Positions 12,707-28,458 are shown, numbered from the stretch's first letter. The stretch is DNA of 64,000 nt from Eledone cirrhosa (GCA_964016885.1 OZ024748.1:27280001-27344000); one strand, 5' to 3'. A program made the numbers and translations. The notes: generated by a model from the letters alone, not told the origin.

Positions 12707-14255
12707 AAACATTGAAGAAAAGCAACCCAAACGAAACTGAGCTATAGCATACCAAACTCAACTATACCATACGAAAAACCAAACCTTGACCATCTAATCA
12801 CCCCTCCCAGTAACCTGCCAGACAACCAGACTTGTAAATTTTCTTTTAAATTTAACAAAAAAAAAATCAATAAAAAACCAAAAGAAAAAATGACTTTGCT
12901 GCTGCTATTTTTTTTATGGTATATTTTAAATGTTGGAGGATTTAGGATGTTTTTGAAAAACAATGGAGGACAATGATTAACAACAATGATAATAATAAAA
13001 TTAGGAATAATATTAAGAGTTGTAGTTATCATTTTTATATTTGTTGAACTCTTTTGATACCAAATTGTTGGAAACTACCACTGGTGTTTATATTTGTCTA
13101 AAAACAAAAAAGCTTCCATCATAATTTTATGTAAGAACCTTTATTACAGCTTGTTCCAAACACCAATTAAATAATAAAAAAGTTATTTTGATTATTTTGA
13201 AAATTAATTGAAAATCGTAGGAGGCAGTGTCCTTCATTAGAAATATGGTAACAAAAGGGTAAACTATGCTTGCATCGATTTAATAAAGCTTGGGGCTTAT
13301 CCTTGTCTCATGGGCATTAAAACAATTGTTCTTCTTGAGTCATCCAATGCCCTGAGGCATTGACAATGTTTGAGCTCCAAAGTCCTCGGTCAACCATCAC
13401 AGTGTGCAGATCTACTCCTTTGAGGCCTGTGTTCATCTTGATGATTGATTTTAAGGTGATATATGGCCACCCAACTCATCTCTTTGCACCTGGAGTCCTG
13501 AGGAGTAATCTTCCAGCGGATTCATCATGTCAAGTGACATGGCTGGCAAAATTTGTGGCTTTGTACTTATGAAATAATTGTTTCTACTTTAGGCACAAGG
13601 CCAGCAATTACTCAGTGCAATACTGGTACTTTGCCTTTCATCCTTACGGGGTTGATAAAATTGACTTTAGTCAACCTCGGCGGGATTTGAACTCAGATCG
13701 TAAAGGGACGTAACTATGTTGGAAAGCATGGCGTCCGACCCTCTACCGATACTGCCAATCCAGCGCCATTTGTACTTATGAAATAATGTGGTAAATTGGC
13801 AGAGGGATTACAGCATAGGATAGAATGTTGTGAGGTATTTGTTTTGGCTGTCTGTACTCTGAGTTCAATCTTCATCATGGTCAACTTTGTATCAGTCCTG
13901 TATTGGGTTGATTCTTCTTGCTTCCCTCCACCCACTATCTCTTTGGAAGAAATCAGCTATGGTCAGACCCTGAGTGGGATTGGCTCTGCCAAGTTTAAAT
14001 ACCCAGGATATTCCTCATGTTTCAATAGCATCCCTATGACTCCATCAGAATGAGGGCACTCACCATCATTGTTTAACGTCTATCTTCCATGTTAGCATGG
14101 GTTAGATGGGAATTGTCCCATTTGAGGTAAGATTGGTTGGGTGACTGTCTCGCTTGTATAGGACTATTTGTCAGGTTTTCTACGGCTGGATACCCTTCCT
14201 AACATCAACCACATTTACAGTGTGGACTGGGAGCTTTTTACCATGTTACCTACAC

Positions 14256-14567
14256 CAGTGCTTCTCAAACTATCTGATGTGGCGGACCGGCATTTTTTTT
14301 TTCAATGTGCCACGTACCGCTAATATTTCGTAGTAATATTAATTTATACCGGAAACGATGTATATAATGAATATAATAATAGTTGACCATTTTTTTTATC
14401 TTCTATCTATTTTGTAAACAAATAATACAATATCAAAACATATAAAAAAGTAATAAAAAAAATTCCTCAAATGATTCCTTAGCATGGCCTGGACACTGGC
14501 CGCGTACCGGTAACTGATGGCTCGCGTTCCGGCACCGGTCCGCAGATCACCACTTTGAGTAGCACTG
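14256..14567. mobile_element. hAT-type MITE with 8-bp target-site duplication
   Basis: TIRs cagtgcttctcaaact / actttgagtagcactg; ACCTACAC duplicated at 14248-14255 and 14568-14575; inserted in an RTE 3'-end repeat. Confidence 0.85.
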
Positions 14568-16859
14568 ACCTACACGACCACATTACAGTGTGGAGTTTTT
14601 TTTTTCCCTCCCTTTTCTTTTTCTCTTCTCTCTTTCCTTTTTTTTCTTTCTTTTTCCTTTCTTTTTTTTGACACAATCAGAATGTGTAAAATTACATCAA
14701 GATGATAGCACTCTGTCTCCTCAGGACAATGGCATCCCTACAACTTTATGAGGAGTTAATGGCCCAGATATTCTGTATGTTGTAATGGCACTCTACAACT
14801 CCTTCAGGATAACAGCACCCCTACAACTCAATCAGGACGATCGTACTCTCATGACTCTCATCATCACCGTTTTACGTCCGTTCTTCTACACTAGCATGGG
14901 TTAGACGGGTTGTCCCGTTGTGGGCAGTGTCCAGTCAGCTGACCTTGTCTTGCTCATATGGGAACTGAATCTGGCTTGATTTCTACAGCTGGATGCCCTT
15001 CCTAACACCAACCTCATTTACAGCGAGTGCTGGGAGCTTTTTTGCCGCGGCACCTCCACGACCACTATTGTCAATATGCTTCAGCTTCGGGTTGTACCCG
15101 TGGGAAGTTGGGTCTTCTGTATTACTGCGTGACGCCAGGACTCTATCAAAAGTTAAAGGCCCATGATAACCCTTATATTATAATGGCACTCCTACATTCC
15201 CATCAGGATGACATCACCCCTACGAAATCCTCTGGACAATACTACTAATTGACTGTCCTAATTAATTGTTTCTACTTTTGGCACAAGGCCAGCAATTATC
15301 CAGTACATTACTGGTACTTTATTTTATCGACCCCGTAAGGATGAAAGGCAAAGTTGACCTTGGCGGGATTTGAACTCAAAATGGAAAGGGCCGTAACTCT
15401 ATGCGTCAAAGCATGACGTCCGACCCTCTACCGATACTGCCAATCAACCGCCTAATTAATATGAGACTGACTGTTCTAATTAATATGAGACCACCAGTGA
15501 CATGGGGGGGGGGGGGGGGGCTGGTGCCTGGGTTTTTATTGCTGTTGTCTAGGCCTACCATGTGATGCCCCTTCCCAACTAAAATAATTTCAACTTATAG
15601 TTTACTAAGCTGATAAACCTAGTTTTTGACACGTTTTGCTCTGACAACACTAAGAACATTACTAGGCATGCAATCTTTACCACATAGTTCACATATATAT
15701 TTAAATATACACATTTCTATGAAACTTATCCTTTAAGCGTTAGTTGTGTGCCTCTATGAGGTGTGTAACCTAGGTAGCAGCTGAGTAGTAGCGCCTATAC
15801 TGTGCACTAGTAAAGCCATAACGACGACGAAAACAACAAAAGATATTAAAGAGCTTGACGTAATTACCAGTAATATAATTGTTTCTAAGTTTGACACAAG
15901 GCCAGCAATTACCTAGTGCATTACTGGCACTTTATTTTATCGACCCTGTAAGGATGAAAGGGCCGTAACTCTATGCGTCAAAGCTTGGCGTCCGACCCTC
16001 TACCGATACTGCCAATCCATCGCCAGTAATATAATGAGAGGTTGCTTAATCAGGGGTAACTAGGGGCTAAACAACAGAAAGTTATTAAATATACTACTAA
16101 TAACCTAAGTGCCAGTAATATAACTCCCATAAACGATGTAAAGAAATGTTATGTTCTAAACAACAGTTTAATGTTCAGAAAATTATATTAATAAATCCCT
16201 TCAAATTCATAACTTATAAAAATCATAGTGTCTTTCGTTAGAAATATGGCAACGAAACGTTTAGCATCGCTGCGTCCTGACAAAATACATCTCGAGGAAT
16301 ACTTAATTCTTTTCCCTTTATTATTATTATTATTGGTTACCTTTACCTTTACGGGGTCGGTAAAATAAAATACCAGTCACACACTGGGTCGTTTAATCGA
16401 CTTCCCCCCCCAAATTGCTGGCCTTGTGCCTATATAAGAAACCATTATTAGAAAAAAGTCAGTGTTAGCAAGAGTTATCTCCCATGATGTAAAGGGAGAC
16501 AACTCTAACAAATCCTACTCACGACACATCATGACGATTTGATTTCTTTCTTTCTTTAAACACGTCCAAAAATAGCATTTTAACAGAACACTTTATATGA
16601 CAAAATACGACAAAAACAAGTTAAATTTTCAAAATCGCTCGTTTATTAAATATTTTCAAAAATTATTTTATTTATATTCCATTAAATTAATCTCTTTTCT
16701 TATTTAAAAAAAAAAACAAAAACAAAACCAAACTAAAACCTGTAAAATCAATGGTAGTGTGCGAGAGGTGAGAGACGAGAAATAGAAATATATTATATTA
16801 TTATCGGAGTGTATCGGAGAATTATTTTGGTGTGTGTACACACATACACACACACACTA

Positions 16860-17070
16860 AAAAGTTTAAAGTCTGTCTTAAGCCAGAAGGCTCATTTGGC
16901 CGGTGCTTATCCCAGTTTCATGGCGTGAAGCGACTGAGAGTACACGACTCCCTCCTGGACAGGACGCCAGTCCATCGCAGGGTTAAACCTCCAGCTATTG
17001 CTGGTACTCTTTTTCAGCTGAGTAAACTGGAGCAACGTGAAATAAAGTGACTTGCTCAAGGGAACAACAC
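16860..17070 (-). mobile_element. SINE family 2 copy
   Basis: ctggagcaacgtgaaataaagtgacttgctcaag shared with 57430-57460. Confidence 0.55.
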
Positions 17071-17962
17071 ATCATATATATATATATGTATGTGTGTGTG
17101 TGCGCGCGCGCGCGCGTCTGAATGTTATAAGAACTAAAGAAGTTCCCTAAATTATTGTTGAGGAAATGTTTTGGTGTAGATATTGATACATACATACAGA
17201 CCACACACACTCACACACAAACATAGGAAAAAAATTAAAATATCACATACACAGATATACACTCACACATGTACATCATTTACACACGTGGTAATATATA
17301 CACCGACTTACGAAAATATAATAAAAACATCACATACACATATATATATATATATACTATAAATTATGTCCATAGAATCAATTGATAAGATATATACACT
17401 ATCTCCTCTCCCAATCAACATAATCAACCACACAAAAAACAATTAAACAGGGCTATAAGATTAAAAGGCACCTATGAAGAAATAATAGATAAATAAACGA
17501 CAGCCATCTATTCGCGATCAACAGCTATAGAATATTTACCCAGCATTTCAATAGCACGTGGAAATCGATTAAATATATCGTCAACCATACACAATTAGGT
17601 ATAAAATTAAAGTTAGAAGAAAAATGCAAATAAACATACCAGGATATATATATATATATACCAGGATATATATACATACGTACACACTCAAACACAAAAA
17701 AACACCTAAACTCACATCTGCCGGTAAACACACTCCCAGACACACATTCAACACACACGCACCAACATACATAGAACATACAGACCCCTCCCCCATGTTC
17801 ACACAAGAAACCCCCACAGACTTCACTTTACAAGACATACGCATCAACAAATTTCTCCCATTCTACGCACATTCAAAACTACACACACACATATATATAT
17901 ATATTTTTTCATTAACCTTCTCTAACTACTCTTACGTGTATCTGGTCTCTCCTTAACCGACA

Positions 17963-17998
17963 TTTCCTGAAGAAGGGCTTCGGTCCGAAACGTCGAAA
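17963..17998 (+). ncRNA. Minimal type I hammerhead ribozyme
   Basis: tttc-CTGAAGA-a-gggc TTCG gtcc-GAAAC-GTC-gaaa: stem I tttc/gaaa, stem II with UUCG loop, palindromic ACGT stem III, GUC site. Confidence 0.8.
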
Positions 17999-18092
17999 CC
18001 TCCTCCATTTCCACCAAGCGTGAACCTAATATAACTGTGTAAAAGTAGCCTCCTGTGTTTTGTTTGTTTCATTTATTAACTACATATATATA

Positions 18093-18169
<77 letters not shown>

Positions 18170-18228
18170 AAATCTTTAAATTATTGTTGAAGAGACGTTT
18201 TGGAGATTTTCTAAATAATAATAATAAT

Positions 18229-18490
18229 AATGATTTCTAGTATAGGCACAACGCCAGTAATTTGGGGAGAGGGGAAAGTCGATTAAATTGACCCAGTGCG
18301 TGACTGGTACTTTATTTTATCGATCCCGTAAGGATGAAAGGCAAAGTTAACCTCAGCGGGATTTGGTTAACTTTACCTTTCATCCTTACGGGGTCGATAA
18401 AATAAAGTACCAGTAACACACTGGGGTAGATTTAATCGACTTTCCCCTCTCCCCAAATTACTATACCCTATACTAGAAATCGTTATTATT
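18229..18490. repeat. Head-to-head fused SINE family 1 pair (foldback)
   Basis: Arms of about 120 bp inverted around 18350-18365. Confidence 0.8.
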
Positions 18491-18576
18491 TTAATTATAT
18501 CAAAGATAATTTTAATAATAAATTATTTTATTCAATATATATATATGCACATGGATATACGTGCACACTACACACG

Positions 18577-18684
<108 letters not shown>

Positions 18685-18711
18685 CGTATATATATATATA
18701 TATATATATAC

Positions 18712-18767
<56 letters not shown>

Positions 18768-18768
18768 G

Positions 18769-18799
<31 letters not shown>

Positions 18800-18833
18800 A
18801 TATATATATATATATGTGTGTATATATATACAC

Positions 18834-18869
<36 letters not shown>

Positions 18870-19104
18870 TTAGAAACACACAGATACACGCGGACACACA
18901 CATATATACATGAATGCATCCGCACCCAACTGTGAGTTAAGGGTGCCAACTTCACCGATGTTGCTCAATGAATGACTGGGACAGACCAATTCAGTTTGAA
19001 CCAGACTGAACCAGTATCAGAGTTAAAAATACATTATGAAGAGAGAAGAAACATTTAGATATAATTAGTAATAAAATGTATCATACCTAAACTGCTCCTA
19101 AATT

Positions 19105-19190
19105 CCTCGACTACGTAGTTTCGTGGCATAAACAAAAACAATATATCAAAGATATAGAGTCCTTGCGAGGTCTGCCAACTTATCAAGAGG
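19105..19190 (-). ncRNA. Type I hammerhead ribozyme, U3-A8 variant (copy 1)
   Basis: cctc-TTGATAA-gttggca...tgccac-GAAAC TACGTA GTC-gagg. Confidence 0.8.
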
Positions 19191-19695
19191 ATACCTCATT
19201 TTACTAGTCTCAAGAACGCGTCTACACGACGTGAGAAAGAATCCCAAAAGGCGGAGGGGGAGATAGTCACGCGATATAACGGTCGAGAAACAGAGCTAAG
19301 CCTCTTATAACCACGAAGAAAATACCACGGAGGCGGAGGGGGTATTCATATCGAGGCCGTAGAAGAGGTAGTGAAGAAGGCGAGAAGTATGAGTAATGGA
19401 AGCTTTCCAGTTGTCCCCACACTTCAAAGATTGCTCGACCAGAGGGAGTTATTAATATATTTAGAAACACACAGATACACGCGGACACACACATATATAC
19501 ATGAATGCATCCGCACCCAACTGTGAGTTAAGGGTGCCAACTTCACCGATGTTGCTCAATGAATGACTGGGACAGACCAATTCAGTTTGAACCAGACTGA
19601 ACCAGTATCAGAGTTAAAAATACATTATGAAGAGAGAAGAAACATTTAGATATAATTAGTAATAAAATGTATCATACCTAAACTGCTCCTAAATT

Positions 19696-19781
19696 CCTCG
19701 ACTACGTAGTTTCGTGGCATAAACAAAAACAATATATCAAAGATATAGAGTCCTTGCGAGGTCTGCCAACTTATCAAGAGG
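19696..19781 (-). ncRNA. Type I hammerhead ribozyme, U3-A8 variant (copy 2)
   Basis: Identical to copy 1, offset by 591. Confidence 0.8.
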
Positions 19782-20234
19782 ATACCTCATTTTACTAGTC
19801 TCAAGAACGCGTCTACACGACGTGAGAAAGAATCCCAAAAGGCGGAGGGGGAGATAGTCACGCGATATAACGGTCGAGAAACAGAGCTAAGCCTCTTATA
19901 ACCACGAAGAAAATACCACGGAGGCGGAGGGGGTATTCATATCGAGGCCGTAGAAGAGGTAGTGAAGAAGGCGAGAAGTATGAGTAATGGAAGCTTTCCA
20001 GTTGTCCCCACACTTCAAAGATTGCTCGACCAGAGGGAGTTATTAATATATTTAGAAACACACAGATACACGCGGACACACACATATATACATGAATGCA
20101 TCCGCACCCAGTGGTTATAAGAGGCTTAGCTCTGTTTCTCGACCGTTATATCGCGTGACTATCTCCCCCTCCGCCTTTTGGGATTCTTTCTCACGTCGTG
20201 TAGACGCGTTCTTGAGACTAGTAAAATGAGGTAT

Positions 20235-20320
20235 CCTCTTGATAAGTTGGCAGACCTCGCAAGGACTCTATATCTTTGATATATTGTTTTTGTTTATGCC
20301 ACGAAACTACGTAGTCGAGG
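20235..20320 (+). ncRNA. Type I hammerhead ribozyme, U3-A8 variant (inverted copy)
   Basis: Same motif on the + strand in the inverted arm. Confidence 0.8.
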
Positions 20321-20393
20321 AATTTAGGAGCAGTTTAGGTATGATACATTTTATTACTAATTATATCTAAATGTTTCTTCTCTCTTCATAATG

Positions 20394-20466
<73 letters not shown>

Positions 20467-20621
20467 ATATATATACATATATATATATATACATACATAT
20501 ATATATATATATAAGGAAGAGAGAGTGATTGAGTGCGCATGTGTATTGGTGAAAATTGGAAATAGATATTGGTTACGTTAAATTTAGTGGAAAGGTTTTG
20601 GAAGCTTTAGCTTCTACTCAA

Positions 20622-22960
<2,339 letters not shown>

Positions 22961-23082
22961 TTTATTTAAATTGTTGGGATACAACAAGCAAATATTTTTA
23001 TAACTGATATAAAGCACTCGACAAATATTTGGAGTAGATATACGATATTAATAAATGGAAACTATATTTATAAAACCATATT

Positions 23083-23147
23083 TATTTCATTATATATATT
23101 TCAGGGATACCAAGTTAGATTATGGTATGCCTTCATCAGACAAAATA
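23083..23147 (-). ncRNA. Type I hammerhead ribozyme (mirror copy)
   Basis: Reverse complement of 23205-23269. Confidence 0.75.
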
Positions 23148-23204
23148 CAATATATAACAGTTTTATAAATAGACATTGTCTATTTATAAAACTGTTATAT
23201 ATTG

Positions 23205-23269
23205 TATTTTGTCTGATGAAGGCATACCATAATCTAACTTGGTATCCCTGAAATATATATAATGAAATA
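23205..23269 (+). ncRNA. Type I hammerhead ribozyme
   Basis: tattttgt-CTGATGA-aggcatacca/tggtatccct-GAAA TATATA TA-atgaaata: 8-bp stem I, 9 of 10 bp stem II, palindromic stem III. Confidence 0.75.
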
Positions 23270-23351
23270 AATATGGTTTTATAAATATAGTTTCCATTTA
23301 TTAATATCGTATATATATATATATATATGTATCGATATGTATATATATGTG

Positions 23352-23383
<32 letters not shown>

Positions 23384-23505
23384 CATGTTTGTATATGTAT
23401 ATTTAGGTATGTATATATAAATGTGTATATATATATATATTAATCTATAGATATATATATATATGTGTTTATATATATGTATTTATACACACATACACAT
23501 ACACA

Positions 23506-23587
<82 letters not shown>

Positions 23588-23800
23588 CCTGTATATACAT
23601 ATATACAGGTATAAATATATATGTATACACATGTATATACGTGTGTGTGTGTATAATATATATATACACATACATCTACGAGGTGAATGTTTGCGTGGTG
23701 TCTGTATATCGTGTAAATAAATAGATTGTCATTCATTTCTCATTACCGTTATTATTGCCGCTAAATTGTTGTTGTTGTTGTTGTCATGGTAAATAAGTTT

Positions 23801-23839
23801 TCACTGATCTTTCTGTTCCAATACCCAAGACACAATTGC
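23801..23839 (-). CDS. PLP aminotransferase, coding exon 12 (AIVSWVLEQKDQ*)
   Basis: ttttggcag acceptor, in phase 0, TGA stop. Short, so less certain. Confidence 0.7.
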   Translation of the reverse strand, partial: AIVSWVLEQKDQ

Positions 23840-23893
23840 CTGCCAAAACAAGTGAAAAAGAAAAGCATATTGAAATATGAATCGATGAAGAAA

Positions 23894-23927
<34 letters not shown>

Positions 23928-24099
23928 AAGAATGATGTAAATAAAATTGAAAACGAAAATGACAGAGGTTATTAAAATAGTAAAAGTAAATAGTGAAGAT
24001 TTAGGCCAGTACATACGTATGCCCCGACGGACATACACATACATACGCACACACAAATACATACCCCCCTCCCTTACACACGCACACACACGAACGCGC

Positions 24100-24542
24100 G
24101 CGCGTATGTATAAACCTTATGCATTTCTACAGTATTTTCACCAAACTTAAGACATAGGTTACTTATGTACTCCGGATGGTCATGGGCACTTTCATTTTTC
24201 CAGATATTGATTATAGGGCCTCCCGGCAGATAACCCCCTTTAACCACTTCCTTGGAGTCGACTGAAGCACTGCAGTGCAATGCAACAAAACGTCATAACT
24301 TCTGGAGTTCGCAACCGATTTTCACAAAACTTGACACATGGGCTACGTTTGTCCTACAGATGAATGTGAACTCTCAGAATTGGCACATATTGGGTAGGAG
24401 ACTCCTTGGGGCAGGAACCCCCTTTTGGAAAAAGCCGATGATTTTGTAAAAGTATAGTTTTCAAAGCAGCACTGAAGTATTGACATAAATGGTATACACA
24501 ATTGCTATTTAATATCCGAGCAACGCCGGGTACCTCTGCTAG
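24100..24542 (+). mobile_element. Non-autonomous Helitron-like 3' part
   Basis: Subterminal GC hairpin ccgagcaacgccggg followed by CTAG|T. Confidence 0.6.
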
Positions 24543-24625
24543 TATATATATATATATGGAAAAAAGATGAAATCGAAAATGCAACTGCAGTCTTTTTTTT
24601 TTTAAATATATATATTTATTTGGTT

Positions 24626-24663
24626 CCTTTATCGGTTTCGCAGTTCTTCTGCTTTTCAAAAGT
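24626..24663 (-). ncRNA. Minimal hammerhead, U3-A8 variant
   Basis: ctt-TTGAAAA-gcag aagaa ctgc-GAAA CCGA TA-aag; stem III is one change from CCGG. Confidence 0.55.
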
Positions 24664-24787
24664 AGAGTTGAGATGGAGGGTCTGTGGTTTTTCTCACGAG
24701 ATGTGAGAAAAACCACATCTTTTTTCCTTATACTTTCACTCGTGTAGGACACCTCGGTTATTTTTCATTTTGTAAAAAAACCCTCAC

Positions 24788-24859
<72 letters not shown>

Positions 24860-25074
24860 TATATTAAATGAGATGCTTGATGTCTGAGAGGATGATTGGG
24901 GTCCGAGGGGAAGAGGACAGGTAATAACAAAAGTGGATATATACACACAAAGTGGATATATACACACACGCACACACATATATATATAAAGGAAGGTAAT
25001 ATCCGTAGCGGTAGAGCACTCAGTCCATGGGACGAGTTTGGTAGAAGTAGTAATATAACAGTTAGTTCACCATA

Positions 25075-25115
25075 CCGAGAACAATTGTTTCACCTTATTC
25101 GGGTCGTCAGCTCGG
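25075..25115 (-). ncRNA. Minimal type I hammerhead ribozyme
   Basis: ccgag-CTGACGA-ccc gaataa ggt-GAAA CAATTG TT-ctcgg: 5-bp stem I, palindromic CAATTG stem III. Confidence 0.78.
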
Positions 25116-25459
25116 ACTGGTAATGGTTATACGGAACAGGAAGAACAACTGTATGAACGCGCATGCGCAGAATCGGTCACTTCACCCAAGCGATACAAAA
25201 CCACGAGCGAAAGGTGTAAGGGAGATAACTGCAAATGTCCGGAATAAATTGTTCGAGTTGATTAGAAAATTAGAATGTGGTTGTTATTCAATCCGGAGCT
25301 TTGTAGTTATCAACAAAAATTTCATCAACTTTACAATAACACCACATGTAAAATTATCCACCCACTCTGTGTAGTGTAATAACAATTAATATGTAAGTAC
25401 ACACACACACACACACGTGCGCATACATACAGATGTATGTATGTATGTATGTATGTATC

Positions 25460-25875
25460 TCGGGAGAGATGACCCCTTAGCCTTTGTCAAGGCAGAATTC
25501 TAGGAGAAGGAAAACTCTGATATAACACCTGCAACCCTGATGGTATCCAATGATGTTGACTTGTTCTTCTTTTTGGTAAATATCATCTTGGTTAAGAGAG
25601 TGGGAATGGCTTTGTGCAGTGCCTTTGCTCACTATAAAAGCTTCACGGCACAGGCATTGCTTTATATCTGGAGATCTCTCTGCACTTGTCGTCACATGGT
25701 ACCATGGGCCCAGCACTATGTGTCAATAATTGTCACAAGTGTAGTGTTTGTACCAAAGTTTTCAAGTCGCTGGCCGGACTGAAAAGTCACACTCGTTCAG
25801 CGCATCGGTAGGGGTTCTCCTACATGGATATAAAGTAGTGGCCGTACTCGAAAACGAGTTGGCAGCCACCATGTA
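25460..25875 (+). mobile_element. Internally deleted RTE-derived element with C2H2-finger tail and (ATGT)n
   Basis: Inverted copy at 30087-30660 (CSVCTKVFKSLARLKSHTRSAHR); relative at 26165-26795. Confidence 0.65.
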
Positions 25876-25924
25876 TGTATGTATGTATGTATGTATGTAT
25901 GTATGTATGTATGCATGTTTCTCT

Positions 25925-26165
25925 TTCTCTTAATTTCGAGTACTTTTTTGACCGGCCACCTTCCTGGTGGCAAGGTAATAAAAGAAAAGAAACTGCCATC
26001 CCTTGAATTGCAAGAATGTTTTGCATATTTTGAAGGTGCCAGATATCACGGCCATTTGTAGTCTAAAAATTAGGGAGCTGCACTCTCTGTCCACAAATCC
26101 AAGTTCAGTCATACTTTGGTTCAAGCGGGTTGGTATATAACCTGTAGCTCCAATAATGATGGGTA
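25925..26165 (-). mobile_element. R4/Dong-like RLE endonuclease C-terminal fragment
   Basis: IPIIIGATGYIP...LQMAVISGTFKICKTFLQF. Confidence 0.6.
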
Positions 26166-26369
26166 TGTAACCCAGTACAACCTGTCGCATGGTCGGTTCA
26201 TCGGCGACTAAACCGGCAACCCCACCAAGTTTACTTGGTTGGGAGAGTGATTTTAGACAGCCTGCGGGACAAAAAACAAAACCTGACAAAGGGCGGAAGA
26301 ACTCATAAGAGTCAACAGCTATCCAAAAATGTGTAAATATGTATATACATGTATGCATGTGTATGCATG

Positions 26370-26423
<54 letters not shown>

Positions 26424-26794
26424 CATGTATGTGTATTTATATGTGCGGAGACATAGAAATAATCGGACTGGATACCTGATCGCGCGGTTAAACCACTGGG
26501 AGTGAAGGACCCCCTAGCCTTTGTCAGGGCAGTCTTCTAGGAGAGGGCAACTCAGGAAACTGGGAAAACTCCAATATAAAACCTGCGGTTCAGTAGTTAC
26601 CGATGATGTTGATCTTTTCTTCTTTTCGGGTTATAGCTACTGTCGCTCAGAGAGTGGGATTGGCTCAGTGCACAGTCTTTCCACACTTTAAAATAAATCT
26701 TCACGCACAGGCATTGCACGATAGCAATAATTGATAATTATCAATAATGTTACATCGTGCAATGGTCATACTCGATAACGAAGAGGCAGCCATC

Positions 26795-26834
<40 letters not shown>

Positions 26835-26957
26835 TCTTCAGGCGTCTGACATATAGCTAAGTCTGTCACTGTAACATAAATCTCCGCTATGCACCTATAA
26901 GGCATAAATCATATAAATCATTAATTAAACAGAAAAGGACCTTTTCAGGTAGCTCAC

Positions 26958-27134
26958 CTGTATTCCGTCATATAAAGGACTACACATTTCTTTAATAAAG
27001 TCTTCTGGTAGAGGTTGTTTCAAACCAATTTCACGACTTTTTTCTAAGGCCTTTTTCCCATCAAAGTTGACGAAACATAGTCTGGTAGTTAGTTCTGTCT
27101 CTGGACGAAGGAATTCTGGACCACCAGCCATTAA
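26958..27134 (-). CDS. PLP aminotransferase, coding exon 11 (LMAGGPEFLRPETELTTRLCFV...)
   Basis: 177 bp, attcag/gtgagc; contains the substrate-binding Arg (TTRLCF). Confidence 0.88.
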
Positions 27135-28232
27135 CTGAATAATATGACGACAGAGAATGATCAATTATATTTTCCTAAACATTCATTAAGACTGTTATTG
27201 TTTATGGTAGGCAGTAATTTGAGAAAGGCATGAAGACTGCTGTCCACCACATCCTTCCATTTTCGTCTATTTCTTGGCTAGCCCCGATCGATGAAACGTC
27301 ATGCAAACGATTCTGTTTGCCGCTCAATTGTGTTCAATCGATAAATGTTTTATACCAACCCCAAAATTCATCTTGCTTTCCATGTATAAGATCAACTGCT
27401 AATTCTTTTAATCCTCGATTTACCTAATATAAACACTTTCAATAATTCAAACAATGAAACTACTGAATTCTTTTCGCTTACATACTTTTTTAATCTTCTA
27501 GCATCCCACAAAACATAAGAAAACAATAAGAAAATCATGCTTGCTATGTGCTGCAGAATCGTATCCAGCGTAAATGACTAAATCCCGAACTGGTTTCTTT
27601 TACACAACACTAAATCCTATGTACCTTATATACAATTTGCATTTGTGTCTATTAATATTTATTCATATTCTATGAATTATGCCTTTCATTTACACTTATA
27701 TCTATACGAATTCGGCGCTTATATTTATTTAAATATCTTTTGCGTATATATTTCCATACCGATAGTTTTTGTGTGTGCTTTCATATTCGCTTAAGATGTT
27801 AAATATCCAGGTGCCAGTGTTAACTTTTAAAAATGTTTTGTAATATTTCACCTACATTTAAATATCTATATTCGTTCAGTTACAGTATATTTAATACAGC
27901 TGTAAAAGGGTGTTATGTCAGCACATACGCAATTCATGTATAAGTCCATTGGATAATTTGTGAAATTTTCTAATGGAAATAACTACGTTGAAATATTTCA
28001 TTATGTGTAGGGAGGAATAGTTGAAAGTATTTACACTTCATAGTTCATTCTTTTCACTGTTAAGGCTACTAATTAAACATCGTCGTTATATCTACCTCAA
28101 GTTTACCCTAATTATCAAATATATGCTGTGTATATAAACGCTACATGCTGAGCACAATAGAGCACAATACAATATTGTAGAAATAATATCTTAATATAGA
28201 ATACATGTATTCAATAAATGAAGTCAACATAC

Positions 28233-28386
28233 TACAATAGATTTCTCGTTGAACATAGCTTTACACATTTGGTTGCCTGTGTTGATTCCGCGTTTTGCTA
28301 AAGAAGGTTTCACAATTTCAAAATCTGGAAAGAGATAGTAACCCCCATAGGGTTTCACAGCTTTAACTCCGACCGCTTTTAGTTCA
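28233..28386 (-). CDS. PLP aminotransferase, coding exon 10 (ELKAVGVKAVKPYGGYYLFPDF...)
   Basis: 154 bp, ccacag/gtatgt; PxGGYYLFPDF motif. Confidence 0.9.
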
Positions 28387-28458
28387 CTGTGGACAAAGAA
28401 TAAGATCAGGTTATAGAAATGTTATAGATATGGAATCGTCTGGGTTATGCCACACATA

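Larger units (their letters stand above)
18865..20395 (-). mobile_element. 591-bp tandem repeat (2 full + 1 partial) plus about 285-bp inverted copy, each full arm with a hammerhead (retrozyme / Penelope pLTR-like)
   Basis: Identical ORFs 19267..19494 and 19858..20085 are 591 apart. 20111-20395 is the reverse complement of about 19030-19314. Flanked by (TA)n. Confidence 0.8.
23038..23314. repeat. Near-perfect palindrome (centre 23176) carrying two opposed hammerheads
   Basis: Arms of about 138 bp are reverse complements around a 1-nt centre. Confidence 0.92.

Noticed and set aside
19267-19494. 75-aa protein in the 591-bp repeat
   Set aside because: Non-ATG start in low-complexity sequence and no recognisable motif.
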